From contig CAJINV010000011.1 in NCBI GenBank assembly GCA_905178155.1, forward strand, positions 1,447,216-1,511,215: a stretch of 64,000 bases of DNA, given 5' to 3'. Each line of letters starts with the position of its first letter. Positions within the stretch are counted from its first letter, which is position 1. Positions 10,624 through 22,395 of this stretch are shown here, in pieces. This DNA is from Amoebophrya sp. A120 (lineage: Eukaryota > Protista > Dinoflagellata). The notes under the pieces were generated by a model. That model had not been told where the DNA came from. It did not search any database and saw only the letters and a list, made by a program, of their open reading frames with translations. Both the position numbers and the translations under genes were made by a program.

Positions 10624-13600
10624 ATGTGGATCCTGCGGTTGAGCCAAGAATTCGACTTCGATGTCGCGGGAGAGAACATCACCTACGATGACTACAGCCG
10701 CACAGGAACTTCAAGTAGCTCAACAAGCGGGAATAGACATTCATCAGGCTCGTCTTCTTCTTCCTCCTCTTACGGAGACAACAGCACAACGACAGACGGA
10801 TCGTCCTCGACGAACAAGCTTCTCCCCAGCCCAGACGAACGATGGCTGCGAAGGAACTCCTCGGAGACATCAAGCGCCAGCAAGTCGCTCCAAGCGGCCA
10901 GCGTCCCACTCATGACGACGAAGCGCACACACGAGGTGCAGGTCCCGGAACATTGGCTGGGGAACTTGATAGGAGGAAATCAAAACAACTCTGGTTGCGC
11001 CGGACGAGCGACTGCAGTATCAGACCACGCGGCTCCGAGACTAGGACCAGAACAACATCCCACGGGCGAAATTCTTGATGCACCACCCATCCCCACCACA
11101 ACGCGGAAGCGCACCATCGCCGCGTCGGTGTTTTACGGCACGGATTCGCAGAAACATGGAAACAAACCCGTGGTGGAAAGAGGGGTAGAGCCTGTGTGCT
11201 ACTATGTGACGGTCTACAACCAGGAAAGGGTTTGCGAAATCAACTTTCCGCAGAACTCGCCGAGCAAGAATGTTATCAATTGCGACACGTGCTTGCGGTT
11301 TCTCCAGTTTCTCGCGTTGACAGACAGTGCAGTGGTGAGTGTGACCGGGGACGATGATCGAGCTACATCTTCCTCGTCTAGCAAGAAGTTGTTTTATCAC
11401 AATGAGGTGGAGGAGGACCACCAACATCTCCATGATGACCCCGCCTCGGCCCCGACAACGGCGTCGGACGCTGATTCTCCGTTGAATCAGGAAGAAGATC
11501 TCCTGGCCGGTGACACACTAGCAGCTGCTCAAAATCAGATGCAAATTAATCCAGCGCTGCTTTCCCCAACCTCCTTCGCCCTCGGGTCAGCGAGAACGTG
11601 TAGTACCTCCGCGAGCACGGTGGAAAAGGCGTATATGTGCTCTTCTTCGGACAGACGTGCGGAACAAAGCGGTAGCTGCGCTGGTGGGCCGGACACTTCG
11701 CCAGAATTGTTGTCGCGCACATCAAGCAAGAGCCGGGTCCTCGTGCCCCACAGCGCACGAAGTTTTCGTGCAGCAGATGCATTAGCGCAAGTTTTTCACG
11801 ACGAAGTAGGTGGTGCATCTTCAACACCAGAGAACGACGGATATAATTTTTCGCAAACCTCCACACTAACCGACTCGCAGCGGCGGTTGCGGCAGTTCGA
11901 CAAAAGTCTTCTGCACGGCAAATCCGACGACCTGATGAACTGGCACTGCTTGAAATGCGACAGCCGCCAGTTTTTCACCTCGAAATTCAACGAAAAGGAC
12001 AGCCGCCGCCGCAATCCGGGCGGTGCGACCGCGGGAATCACGGGGTCGAGCGCGGCCTTCGCTTGTTCCGGCGGCGCGGTGGTGTTACGGGACGAGGCCT
12101 TGGTGCAGTTGATTCTCGGCGCCGAGATTTTTGGCTATGCGGAAATTCTGACCGACTTCGTCGACCGATTGGCGTCGGAGTTAGAAACGCAGACCATTCT
12201 GACGGTCGCGCAGACGGTGTTTCTCGGGTGTTACCTGAAAAAAGCCGCACTTCGGCAGGAGTCGTACTGGCTGTTGCGACACTACATCACGCACGGTGCG
12301 CCAGGCCTGTACATCGGAACCCAAACCCCGAGCAGCACTGCGACGTCCTCATCGGCTGCACCAAGTAGTACAGCCACCTCGACGGCGGGGACTTTGGCGG
12401 GAAAGCTGCTGTCCACGTTTGGCGCGGATACTACAGCAGCTACAGGCAGTGTGGTGTCCAACAATGAGTTCGATTACAACGCACCGAATCACCACCACCA
12501 CCAACAAGACCCCTCGATCCTGGCTTTGTCGAAGACGAGAAAAACCTACAATGCGAACAACGGAGTTTGCAATGTGTTTTACGACGGTGGATTTTTGAAG
12601 TTCTCGGAAATCAACATCGAGATTTCGAAAATTTGGAACGACTTCGAAAAGTTAGAGAAGAAGGAAAAATTGCAGCACGCGCAACCAGCGCCCGGGTTTT
12701 CGCTTTGCAAGATCCGGGTTTTGCGGGACGGAAAAGACATCTACCCACAGGTTTACCAGCTATTACGTGACCACGACGACGAGCTGTTGTTGCAGGCAAT
12801 CAAGGAGTATCAACTGCAAATATGCCTGCTGGGTGTGGAAGATTGTATTGCAGGTTTTGCATGGTCATGGACCAGAAGGTCTGGCATGCAGGGAGTAGCA
12901 TCACAGGTTCTGCAAGGGCTTTGTGATGCCTCTTCTGCATGAGAAATCTGCTTGCAGCGTGGCCAAAAATGGACAGTTTTTGCTACCGGTGCATGACAGA
13001 TTTTTGTCCGACTGGCAGAGAGCATCACAAGTTTGCACCTTTCCAGAGGACCCAGGAGACATTTTTGCAATGCATAAAGAGTCCGACAACGGCGCGATCC
13101 GCATCTACAGCTGCAGTAAGAAGTGGACGAGCAGCAAAACTACATCAAGTGCGACGAGACCGTCGTCCTCCAGCGCTGCGACAGCCCAGCCGGCAATGCC
13201 AAGCAAGAGTGGTGGCCAGAACTTTGGCACCAGGAGTCTCGACGAGGATGAGGATGACCTCTCGTCCTGGGCGGCAGATTTGTCGAGTTCATCGTCGACC
13301 GCCGCCCCTGCGGCTGCAAACCTAGAAAGGTGTAGCGCTGGTGGTGGTGACGAAGCAGCCGCAGCTACTGCTACAATTTCCGGTACAAACAGGACGAGTG
13401 TTGACCACGAGGAAAGCTGCGGGATGCGAACGGAGATGGAGGGCTGGAGCGTCCGGGACTTTGCAAGGCATTTCGTCGGGGAAGTGCGGGTGAACTTCTG
13501 GGGAACGAAATTCGAGGTACGGATAATATTTTTTTGTGTTGCTAGTGCTACAACAACTTGATCACGATTTGTAGAAGAAACTGAAACCTGTATACGTTTT

Positions 13601-14607
13601 CTTGTTTGATGGCACCGAACACAAAAAGCAATCAAGCGATCTCATAAACACGAAATCAACAGCTGATCGACTACACCTACGCCAGCCCGGCCGGCAGCGC
13701 TCCCGCCCCCAACGGCATGCCCCCGAGCGGGAGACGGTTCGATCTGGGTTTTGAAGTCAACTTGCAGGGCTGCGTACCGTATGAATTGTAAAAATGTCTG
13801 GGTCTGGAAGTAGAGTGCCAGGCTTGTCATGCGGGTTTTCCATGACCCATGAGGTCTGCTATGTAGGACATAGCATGACAGATTTTGTGAGAGTTCTATC
13901 ATGCCTATCCTGCATGAGAAACTCCCTCCAAACTTGGTCGAAAGTGGACTGTTTTTGGCACTCATGCAACACAGATTTCTGCATGATTCAGATTTAGCAT
14001 GACAAGTTGCAATCTTCCAGACCCAGACATTTTTGCAATCCATATACCGCGGAAGATCACCTGTAAGTTTCATCACGCGCCGGTGAAAGAGGTGGAAGAG
14101 GGCGAGGAGTCAGGTATGTTGAATGCGGTTTCTGCATGACGAATCATAAACTTTTTGCTGAAACCTCTTCAGCATCATAAGTTGGTGAAATTTGTGATGC
14201 TTTTTGTACATGATATGCGGGAAATTTGTACTGCACATTCATAAACAGCCTCCGCCTCCAGCAGCGGGTTTTTCTTCAGCTCGAACCCAGCGCCACGCCC
14301 ATCGGCGCCAAGAACCACTTCTAACCCACAAGAGAGCACCTCCAGAAGCACGGAAACTTACACCAACATCGAACCGCGCTGGAACGAGAAGCAGGGGAGC
14401 TACGTACTCCCCTTCTATGGCCGTGTGAAGAAGTCTTCCGCGAAAAACTTCCAGCTGGTGGAGGGTTCGAATGAGAAAGAAATCCTGTTGCTGTTCGGCA
14501 AGATCAAACGGGAATGGTTCGCGTTGGACTTCCGGCACCCGCTGAGCCCGCTAGACGCGTTCGGGATCGCAATCGCGTCCTTGGCGAAAAAACGGGCGGT
14601 GAATTAG
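10624..14607 (+). CDS. Tubby C-terminal domain protein with a long N-terminal region
   Basis: Exons 10624..12807, 13082..13516, 13663..13779, 14050..14113, 14249..14607. Tubby motifs FVGEVRVNFWGTKFE, PRWNEKQGSYVLPFYGRVKKSSAKNFQL, LLFGK..FALDFRHPLSPLDAFGIAIASL. Confidence 0.88.
12808..13076. mobile_element. Introner/MITE-like non-canonical intron, family B-related
   Basis: TSD AGGAG/AAGAG; TATCAACTGCAAATATG...CATTTTTGCAATGCATA; removal gives AIKE|SDNG. Confidence 0.85.
13780..14044. mobile_element. Introner/MITE-like non-canonical intron, family B (reverse orientation relative to the 55400 copy)
   Basis: TSD TACCG; IR TTGTAAAAATGTCTGGGTCTGGAAG / CTTCCAGACCCAGACATTTTTGCAA; removal gives GCVP|RKIT. 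Confidence 0.93.
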
Positions 14608-14966
14608 GGGAGCATGTCTACAACTTTAATATGAGATCGCCCACGTATAGTTGTTTGTGTTTCAAAAAATGTTTCCGTTTCGTTCGAACGTTCGAAGAAC
14701 AACAAATTATGCTTTTTTCCCGCAGTTTTACAATGAAAGACAAAGAATTCAACATCGCGGGTCTAGAAGGACTTCACTGAGTGCAGCTACCAGCTACGTG
14801 CGCCAGAAAGGTCGTTTTCTGGCATACTGTGTCTGTTCTTGCTCGTCGTCATTCTCATGTTCGGTGTTCACAACTCACTTGTCGTCAATAAAAATCGTGC
14901 TTTAGTTTAATACATATTCGGAAAGAGCGACAGACCAGTCTCATCAACCTACTAGACCTGTTGAAA

Positions 14967-16057
14967 ATGGCAGGCCGTCACCTCCTGGCTTCCGTCTTGA
15001 AGACGGCGGCTTTCCCGTGCCTCCTCTCCTGGCCTCTCGCCACGTTTTTCCAAGTGCTTCCGGTTTCCGGAAATTTGCGAGGAAAATCTGAGATACCGGA
15101 GATCCCCCCCCCCGACGACGACCACGAATCTGCATTCTCCGCCTACGGTTTCTCACCCGGACGCCGCTAACACGGCCGCCCTGTACGACCTTCTTATGAA
15201 AGAAAAGGACCACGACTCGAAGCAGCAGAAGGAGGCTTTGCTCGATGCTGGGTACCCGGAGACGCAGGTGATGAAATTGATCTTGTTGAGGCGCTTTGTT
15301 TTAAGTAACTGCTCTGCTGCTTCCTCGACGTGAGGCATTTTTTTTGATAACCACAAAAAGGATGTGTTGGTGTTGCTGCAGTGTGGTTATTCATTTCCAT
15401 TCGGATTTTTTGTACACGTTTACGTCTCAGGTGGAGCTGATGATGACCATGTTAACGGATCCGGCAAGTGACGCTACGTATGAAGAACGGGCGAAGAACG
15501 TCGCGGCAGCCTACCAGCGCGGTGTTTTTGCGGATTTTGTCGCGCTGGACCAGGACAAAAACGGGAAGTTGACCGTGAAGGAGTGTCCAGCTTTAGCCTC
15601 CTGCGCCGGGCGGGGAAGAGAACAGGGGGCCAACATCACAGCGATCGCTACCGCTTGGGCGACATCGCATCGAGAAGACGCAACTTCTCTGCAGATCTCC
15701 GCAACCGGCCGGACCGCCGTCGACGTGCGGGAGGCGGAGCTGGTCTGCAACCAGATGGGCCAGGCTTCCTTTCGGGAGATGGAACAGTCCACCGCTACGA
15801 AAATGCAGCAGGCTTGGGCGAAAAGACCCAGTTGTGTTTCCGACGGAATTTGGAGCTGTTGTTCTTCAGCGCCGCAGCAGCTGGAGAATAAACTCGCCGA
15901 AGCAGAAGAATACATGGAGGAGTTGACAGACTTGGTCGAGCTCTATGTTCGGGAAAAATACATCAACAAGGTCGCCGACGCAGCCGCAGTTAAGAACATG
16001 GCCAAAGCCGCTTCCCACCTCATGCTCGCCCGGGACCTCCTCAAAGGAATGCTGTAG
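14967..16057 (+). CDS. Probable secreted EF-hand protein with an apparent frameshift in a C10 run
   Basis: Hydrophobic N-terminus from ATG 14967; frame continues only if C10 (15104-15113) is read as C9; GT-AG intron 15268..15430; EF-hand loop DQDKNGKLTVKE. Confidence 0.6.
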
Positions 16058-16189
16058 ATAATCGGCAGGCGGTTCTCGCGTCGACGCGCGGAAGCAAACA
16101 GCACGCGGGCTCAGCCGCGATGGTTAGAAAAGGACGAAAGGGCGAAAAACTTCTCGCGGCCGCGGACGAAGCAGGGGACCGAGATCCTC

Positions 16190-16950
16190 CCGGACGTTGG
16201 ATTCTGCTTCGCGGGATCCAGTACCAATCCGGTGAGCTTCTTGTGAGCCTACTGGTCTTCTGCGTCGTCAGAATGGCGAGGCGCCTTCAACAACTTTTTA
16301 TTTCGACGACGACCTACAAGATGGCAACGAAAGAGGTATAGAGAGACGACGAGGATAATTTTGGTACAGGTAACTTTGGTAAAATAGGTGTGAGGGAGTG
16401 ATCTTGGTGTAAGTACCTATTCCGACAACAAGGGGCGGAGAGTTCTCCTGTCTCGCTTTCAATATACCGCCATCGCGTAGTTTACTTATAGTTTTTTTAT
16501 TTATGTTGCTCGTCTCTGCAGTTAGATGATGACGATGATGATGATGGTGGTGTTTTCGCCATGAAATGTTTTTGAGTGCCATTTCAAATGCCCACGCCTC
16601 CCTGCAGGTTCGCAGTCTCGCCCAGCATCCCTGTACCCTACTACAAAATGAACAAGCACGTGCCTGGCAAGTGTGTGGAGCGTACGGAGAACAGCAGAAC
16701 AGCAGCAGTACCTCATTAAGCGCAGTGCCAGTCCGCCATAATTATTCTCTACATGCTCACGGTCACGCCGAACGGGAGCCCACTCCAAGGCGCTGGACTC
16801 TCATTCGCGGGATCAAGTGCCAATCTGGTGCGCTTCTTGGACCAAGCTGGTCTCCTGCGTCGGTCAGCACGTCGCGACGCCTTCTACAGCGAACGTCTTT
16901 CGCTAACGATCTACAATGTCGCGAAAAGAATGAAAGGTATATAGAGAGAT
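16190..16950. repeat. Diverged direct duplication (~16190-16350 vs ~16785-16950)
   Basis: TTCGCGGGATCCAGTACCAATCCGGTGAGCTTCTTG vs TTCGCGGGATCAAGTGCCAATCTGGTGCGCTTCTTG; both end near AGGTATA(TA)GAGAGA. Confidence 0.7.
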
Positions 16951-18558
16951 GGAGTGGAAGATAGCTTTGTTTTTTTTTTAACTTCATCTCCAGCATCAAT
17001 CTACATCCTCGAGGACAGTTTTTAGCTGCAATGAACGATGGCAATGCTAACGTAAAAATTTGTATATGGTAGAAGCGCTATGGTACGACCTGCAATGACG
17101 ATGTACATGAAGTGTGACCGCGATGCTACAGACGATGCAAATGCAGAAGCTGAAGTTTTGTTTCGACGATTCGGGCCGGGAACCACGGTGGAAAAGAAGA
17201 CATGTCTGCGCTCAGCGGACCGATACCACAACCCCCCAGACTCTCCACCCGGTTTACCAGAAAGTGCAAACTGTGCTCCGGTTTGCCGCTACAGCATTAC
17301 AGATTCACGCCGCCATCTTCTACACCATCACCACCGCCCTCATGTTCTTCTTCCACCCACCCGTAATCCGAAAAATGGGATTTGTTCGTTCAAAAAGTTT
17401 GAACGTGAAGCTGAATGTACGAAACCGACTGCCAAAGTGCAGAGGCGAATTTGAAAGCAAGCGCGACGAGCTGGACGATGAGGATACGATGATGGTGGAG
17501 AAGTTCAAGATAGAAAAATTTGTAGTCTGAAAAGCGAAAAGTAACTGCTATAAAAAGATGTTTTTGTTCAACCATTGTCGCGTGCAAAGCTCGAGAAAAA
17601 GTTTATGTGTTTGATCTTTTCATTCTCCTGTTTGTGTTTGGTTTTTTCAAAAAGATGCAGCACTTCGTTTGTGCGTCTCGTCTTCAGGTGTCGTTCTGTC
17701 AATCGTGCATGACAGACTTGCAGCAGAAGAGCTTGGCTGAATGAAAAAACAAACCTTCCCGTTTTGTAGTAGGTTGGAGTTGTCGTGCTCAAAGAAGCTC
17801 GCGGTAGGCGACAGAAAAAAGCGAACCGCTCCGAATGCTGTCGCTTACTCTAACAATTACATGATGGCGAAAAAGAAGAAAAAACGGAAAAAAGTCATGA
17901 TGTATTAACACGGCGGGAATTTCTTGTTCGTTTTCGTCACAGCATGCGTGTTCGGTGGTAGTCAAGATCAGGCTTTTTAAAAACTTGTGATGCGATTCGT
18001 ACGTTCCGTAGATACGTTTTTTCAAACAAGAAATTATGCAAAAGTGTGAAGATCTAGATCTTCATCTTGCATCGGCGATTCTCCTGACAGCAATTACGGG
18101 CGGAAAAGTCTGTCTCGCTTTCGATAAACGCTATCGGATTTATTTATATTCTTACCATGAACAAAGTGAGCCTGAGCTTGCTTACCACGGTAAACGCTAT
18201 CGGATTTATTCATATTTTTGTTGTTGCGAGTGAACCTGAGCATGAGCTGTCGGTGTCGAAATTCCTGTTTCTGTTCTCATGCAAAAAAGCCGGTTGCATG
18301 CTTCAAAAAATTCAAACTTATTCGGAAAGAGCAGTCCGTCGTCGAGATGAGAGGAGTCGTGTTCTGGAAGATGTTTCGATGACGTCGTGTGTCCTGATTG
18401 AAAACGTCGCTCGGAGTCACGCCATGCATGTTCGACTAAGAAAGTATCTTCTGATGTTATGAAGCTATGCGAAAACGAATTCTGTTTCTGCCGAGTAGTT
18501 CGTGCAAAAAGAATTGGCCAGAAGTAGCACAAAAGCTTCATCAAAAAAAAAAAAAACA

Positions 18559-19047
18559 ATGTCCGGCGTCGAAACCATGCTGGCGGGTGGCCTCGGGCTG
18601 AAAGCCGTGGCCATGATGAAGCAGGCCTCCCTAACAATGAAGCGTGCCGCACGGCAGGCCTTTGCGATGGCGGCGGACGCAAATTTAGCGGCGATCAACG
18701 CACGGACGGCGGAAACAGAGCTGCAGCGGTACGTCCAGGGAGCGCCGGTGGTGATGTCGCCGGCCTCCACCATGGATGGGCACATCGACAAGATTTCATC
18801 TTTTGGGTCGGAGATTCCGCTGGTTTTGGCCGGGACGGTAGGTTTGCACCAGTTGGTCGGGACGAGTGGTCGGGAAGGCGAAAGGATCAGCGGAGGAGAT
18901 GACAGGACGGACAGACGACGAGACCGATCAAAGAGGATCAACTACGGCTCTGAGAAGAAGCGAAGGAGACCAGATGAGTCCGATGTTGAAAACAAGAATT
19001 TTGCACGAAGACCGAAGGGTAGATGTGATGTCAAATCGTTTCTTTGA
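18559..19047 (+). CDS. Hypothetical protein
   Basis: ATG after an A-run; protein-like Ala-rich helical sequence; same strand as its neighbours; no family recognised. Confidence 0.5.
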   Translation: MSGVETMLAGGLGLKAVAMMKQASLTMKRAARQAFAMAADANLAAINARTAETELQRYVQGAPVVMSPASTMDGHIDKISSFGSEIPLVLAGTVGLHQLVGTSGREGERISGGDDRTDRRRDRSKRINYGSEKKRRRPDESDVENKNFARRPKGRCDVKSFL

Positions 19048-19835
19048 TAAGAATAACTACAGAAGACCCTCTGAGCTTTTTTTGCAATGAATTGCAAGTC
19101 TAGTCACGTAGCGCCAATGATCTCACAGAAAGAAATTCAGATGATGTAGTACACTGCGTTTATTCCGTAGCAGAACTTTGAATATTCAGCAACCGCTGAG
19201 AGGACGCTGCGGCCTCCTCGCCGTGGTTCGCCTCGCGTCTTTTGACGAATAGCATGATAGAAGAAGTGAAGACGAAGCTGATGTTCAACACCACCCAGTC
19301 AGCAATGGGATCTTGAGGTCAACAACAGCCGTCGAGATCTGGTTTGCGCAAGGGCATTACTGACGAGATGCTCAGCGTTACCGTTAGTACAGTGGCGACG
19401 AGAAATAGACACTCACGCAACAAGCAACAAGAAACCAACTTTCAACAGCCTGCTGCTTCATCTTCAAGGATTATATGCTGGATCGCTATTTCTCTGAGTA
19501 TGGACGTCGAGGTCGGCATGGTTCTTTCGCGAAACCAAATAAAGTGTTTCAAAATTTTGAATTCATTTGAAAACATAGTTGGGAGCATCAAAGCACACAA
19601 CACGAAAACTAAACAGGGACAAGATTAAAGCAGTCTGGCACGCACATATGAAATTTTCCGAAATTTTCGTCGTTTGATCCATCTTCACGCATAGAAAATA
19701 CCCTCACCATAGACCACGTAGCCACTTACCTTGCATACCACTCAGACTGTATGCTTTTCTAGTGCACTAGCGCTATAGCAACTATACACGACAAGATCCA
19801 GCACACAACAAAGACAAAGACAAACAAAACCAACT

Positions 19836-20693
19836 ATGGCCGGCCGCGCCCCCGGAATAACCGGTCCGACGATGGCCGAGAAATTGGAGGAGAGAAAACG
19901 ATCGGCCCCGACGATGGAAGAATTTCAGGCCCGGATGTACAAGAAGCACACGCAGGGAGACGCGGCGATGGCGGAGTGGGAAAATGCCGACTACAACGAG
20001 AATCTACGCAAGGCACGGGAGGCGCGCATGGAACAGGACAAGCAGAAGGTGGACAAGGAGAAGAAGGACACTGAGAAAAAAAAGAAGAAAAAACACAAAA
20101 AAGAGAAGAAAAAGAAGTCAAGAAGCCGGCACCGGTCGAAAGAGAAAAAGAAGAAGGGGAAGAAAAGCAGAAAACATAAAAAATCATCGTCAAGTTCATC
20201 CTCATCCTCCCACGCATCCTCCCCCTCCAGCACGGACAGCATGAGCGACGAGGAGGTCAAGAGCCGGCAAAGATCGAAATCAAAATCGAAGTCGCAGGTT
20301 GAGAACAGCAAGGGGAACAAGAACAAGTTGACTAACGGCGAGATGACCACGAAGAGCAACAAGGATAATGAAGCTACAGGCAAGCACGACAAAAAAAAGT
20401 CAAAAGAGCCGACGAAAGAGAAGTCTTCGAAGAAGGAGAAAAAGGAGAAGCACCTCGCTCCACCCGACAAAGATGGAGAGAAGTCAAAAAAGCGAAAAAG
20501 AAAAGAGAAAAAGAAGAAGCACAAGAAGAGAAGTACCAGTAGCAGCTCGGATTCATCGTCTTCCAGAAGCTCTTCCAGTAGTTCCTCTGCAGCATCAGGT
20601 GACAAATCGTCAAAAAACAAAAAGCGGAAAGTGCAAGACGGTTGGAAAATCAGCGAGTACCTGAATTCACCTGATTCTGAGTCGTCGAATTAA
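19836..20693 (+). CDS. FAM133-like Lys/Ser-rich protein
   Basis: N-terminal GPTMAEKLEERKRSAPTMEEFQARM...DAAMAEWE resembles the FAM133 GPTIQDYL...PTWEE...ALAEFE segment, followed by K/S-rich tracts. Confidence 0.72.
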   Translation: MAGRAPGITGPTMAEKLEERKRSAPTMEEFQARMYKKHTQGDAAMAEWENADYNENLRKAREARMEQDKQKVDKEKKDTEKKKKKKHKKEKKKKSRSRHRSKEKKKKGKKSRKHKKSSSSSSSSSHASSPSSTDSMSDEEVKSRQRSKSKSKSQVENSKGNKNKLTNGEMTTKSNKDNEATGKHDKKKSKEPTKEKSSKKEKKEKHLAPPDKDGEKSKKRKRKEKKKKHKKRSTSSSSDSSSSRSSSSSSSAASGDKSSKNKKRKVQDGWKISEYLNSPDSESSN

Positions 20694-21219
20694 GTGAACG
20701 ACCGCTGGGGGCCACGGGCAGATAATGTTTTGTATCGCGACCACGACTGATAAGTACTGCTCTGTCTTCAATTTCATGCAATTATCGCATTCAAATTTTT
20801 CAAAAAAAAATCCGTCAACGACTACGACGCAAAAACCATTATTTTTCGAAAACGATAAAAAGGCTGATCGCCAAGTTTCGCAATTGAATCGACATCTTGA
20901 TACATAGCATACGTGCGGGCATCAGGGCAAGTTGTAGAGTCTTGGCGCCGAGCAGATTTTGTTCTGCTGTCGTTGGTGCGGTTTTTCCGTGATTTTCTCG
21001 TCCTGGAGCGAGCTCGTTGTGTCCTCGTTGAGAACAGAGCATGTCAATCGTGTTTAAGTGTCGCTGCACCGCTGTTGTTCGTGAGTAATGTCTTAGCAAT
21101 TGTAGTACATCCAGAATGTGGATTTTTTTCGTAAGTGATATGCACAAGAACGTTTCGATTTCTATTCTGCAATCATTTCACAGTGAACAAGGTGCACGAT
21201 CTACTTCAAAGAAAACAAC

Positions 21220-21678
21220 ATGGCCGTCGCCATTTCCCTGCGAAACACCGCCCGTGCGGCCGACGACCTGGTCCAAAGTCTACACAACGTCGCCGACAGT
21301 ACCATGCAGGCGGCTAGCAAGAACGGCCAATACTCGATGGACGAGCTCGGGGAAAAGTTGGTAAAAAACCTGGATCTCTACTCCTACGGACCGCCGAAAT
21401 TGTATTACAAGCCCGCAACTAGCCCGGAGGTAATCTCCAGGGTCGCATCCATGGAGGAGGGAGCGTTGCAGCTGCTGGTGATTGGCCAAGAAACTGTTTT
21501 GAAGAGGAACCAGCAGGAGCGGTTTTTTGAATCTTCACGAATAAGGAATTTTTACTCGAGACACAGGTGCGCAAGAGAGAACAGTAAGGCTTCTCCTGCC
21601 AAAAAAAAGGATGCAGAAACAGACACTGCTAGTACGAGTACCGGAACATCACTCTTAGAGCTGCGTAATTTTCTCTGA
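21220..21678 (+). CDS. Hypothetical protein (152 aa)
   Basis: ATG-initiated ORF with protein-like composition; no family recognised. Confidence 0.5.
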   Translation: MAVAISLRNTARAADDLVQSLHNVADSTMQAASKNGQYSMDELGEKLVKNLDLYSYGPPKLYYKPATSPEVISRVASMEEGALQLLVIGQETVLKRNQQERFFESSRIRNFYSRHRCARENSKASPAKKKDAETDTASTSTGTSLLELRNFL

Positions 21679-22395
21679 CTACGCATCAAACAAACGAGAA
21701 AGACAAACTGCACGGACGATGAAATGCAATATTTCAACATGTAGGTTGATCATTCGGCCATGTTGATCATGTCGTGCCCTGTCCTTGTTCGTGTGAAAAC
21801 TCGATGCACTTCTCAAAAATGTCAACGTCGGTAGAACTCAACAACATCTCGTCTTGCTTTCGTGCGGAAATAAAAGGAGATCAGTACAACTACCTGCTGC
21901 GATTATACTACTTACATATACAAGGCGGTGACCATCGGTCCATGACTTAGTGAAGAGGATAAGTTTCTTGCTCCAAACTGTCGTTGCTTCTGGGTCGTGG
22001 TTAATACGCAGAAAACGCACACTAAGCTCATGGGGTCGTATAATTGACGTCTCAGTTATTTTCGGGTTGTCGTGTGATGGGTCTACGCATGGGATCTTGA
22101 TCTTCGTCTGTTGCTTGTGCTCTGTCTACTAGTACTCTAAGGGGGCAGAAGATGCAGTTATTGAAACACTCTCATTCGGTGTCGATGTCGGTCGTCTCGG
22201 TTTGTTTCTGTAAATCTAGACATGGAGAATACCAAGAAGACCTGGACCAATACTGCCATGCGTTTTCGCGACATTTTTTCCCCCTCAAAAGTGGTCTTGC
22301 CAATGCAACGTTTCAAAAGAAACGATCCATAGGCGCCCACCAGTATAGAAGAGGTTTAGATCAGCACACGACCTCCCAAACTTCTTTACTACAAA

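Noticed and set aside
17114-17530. 138-aa + strand ORF
   Set aside because: No motif and an uncertain start; it may be a real exon but cannot be supported.
19716-19731. Dinoflagellate spliced-leader fragment (CGTAGCCA) and U1-like ACTTACCT; also TTCGGCTCAA near 32067 and 53551
   Set aside because: Matches of 8-10 nt only, with no full SL or snRNA structure.
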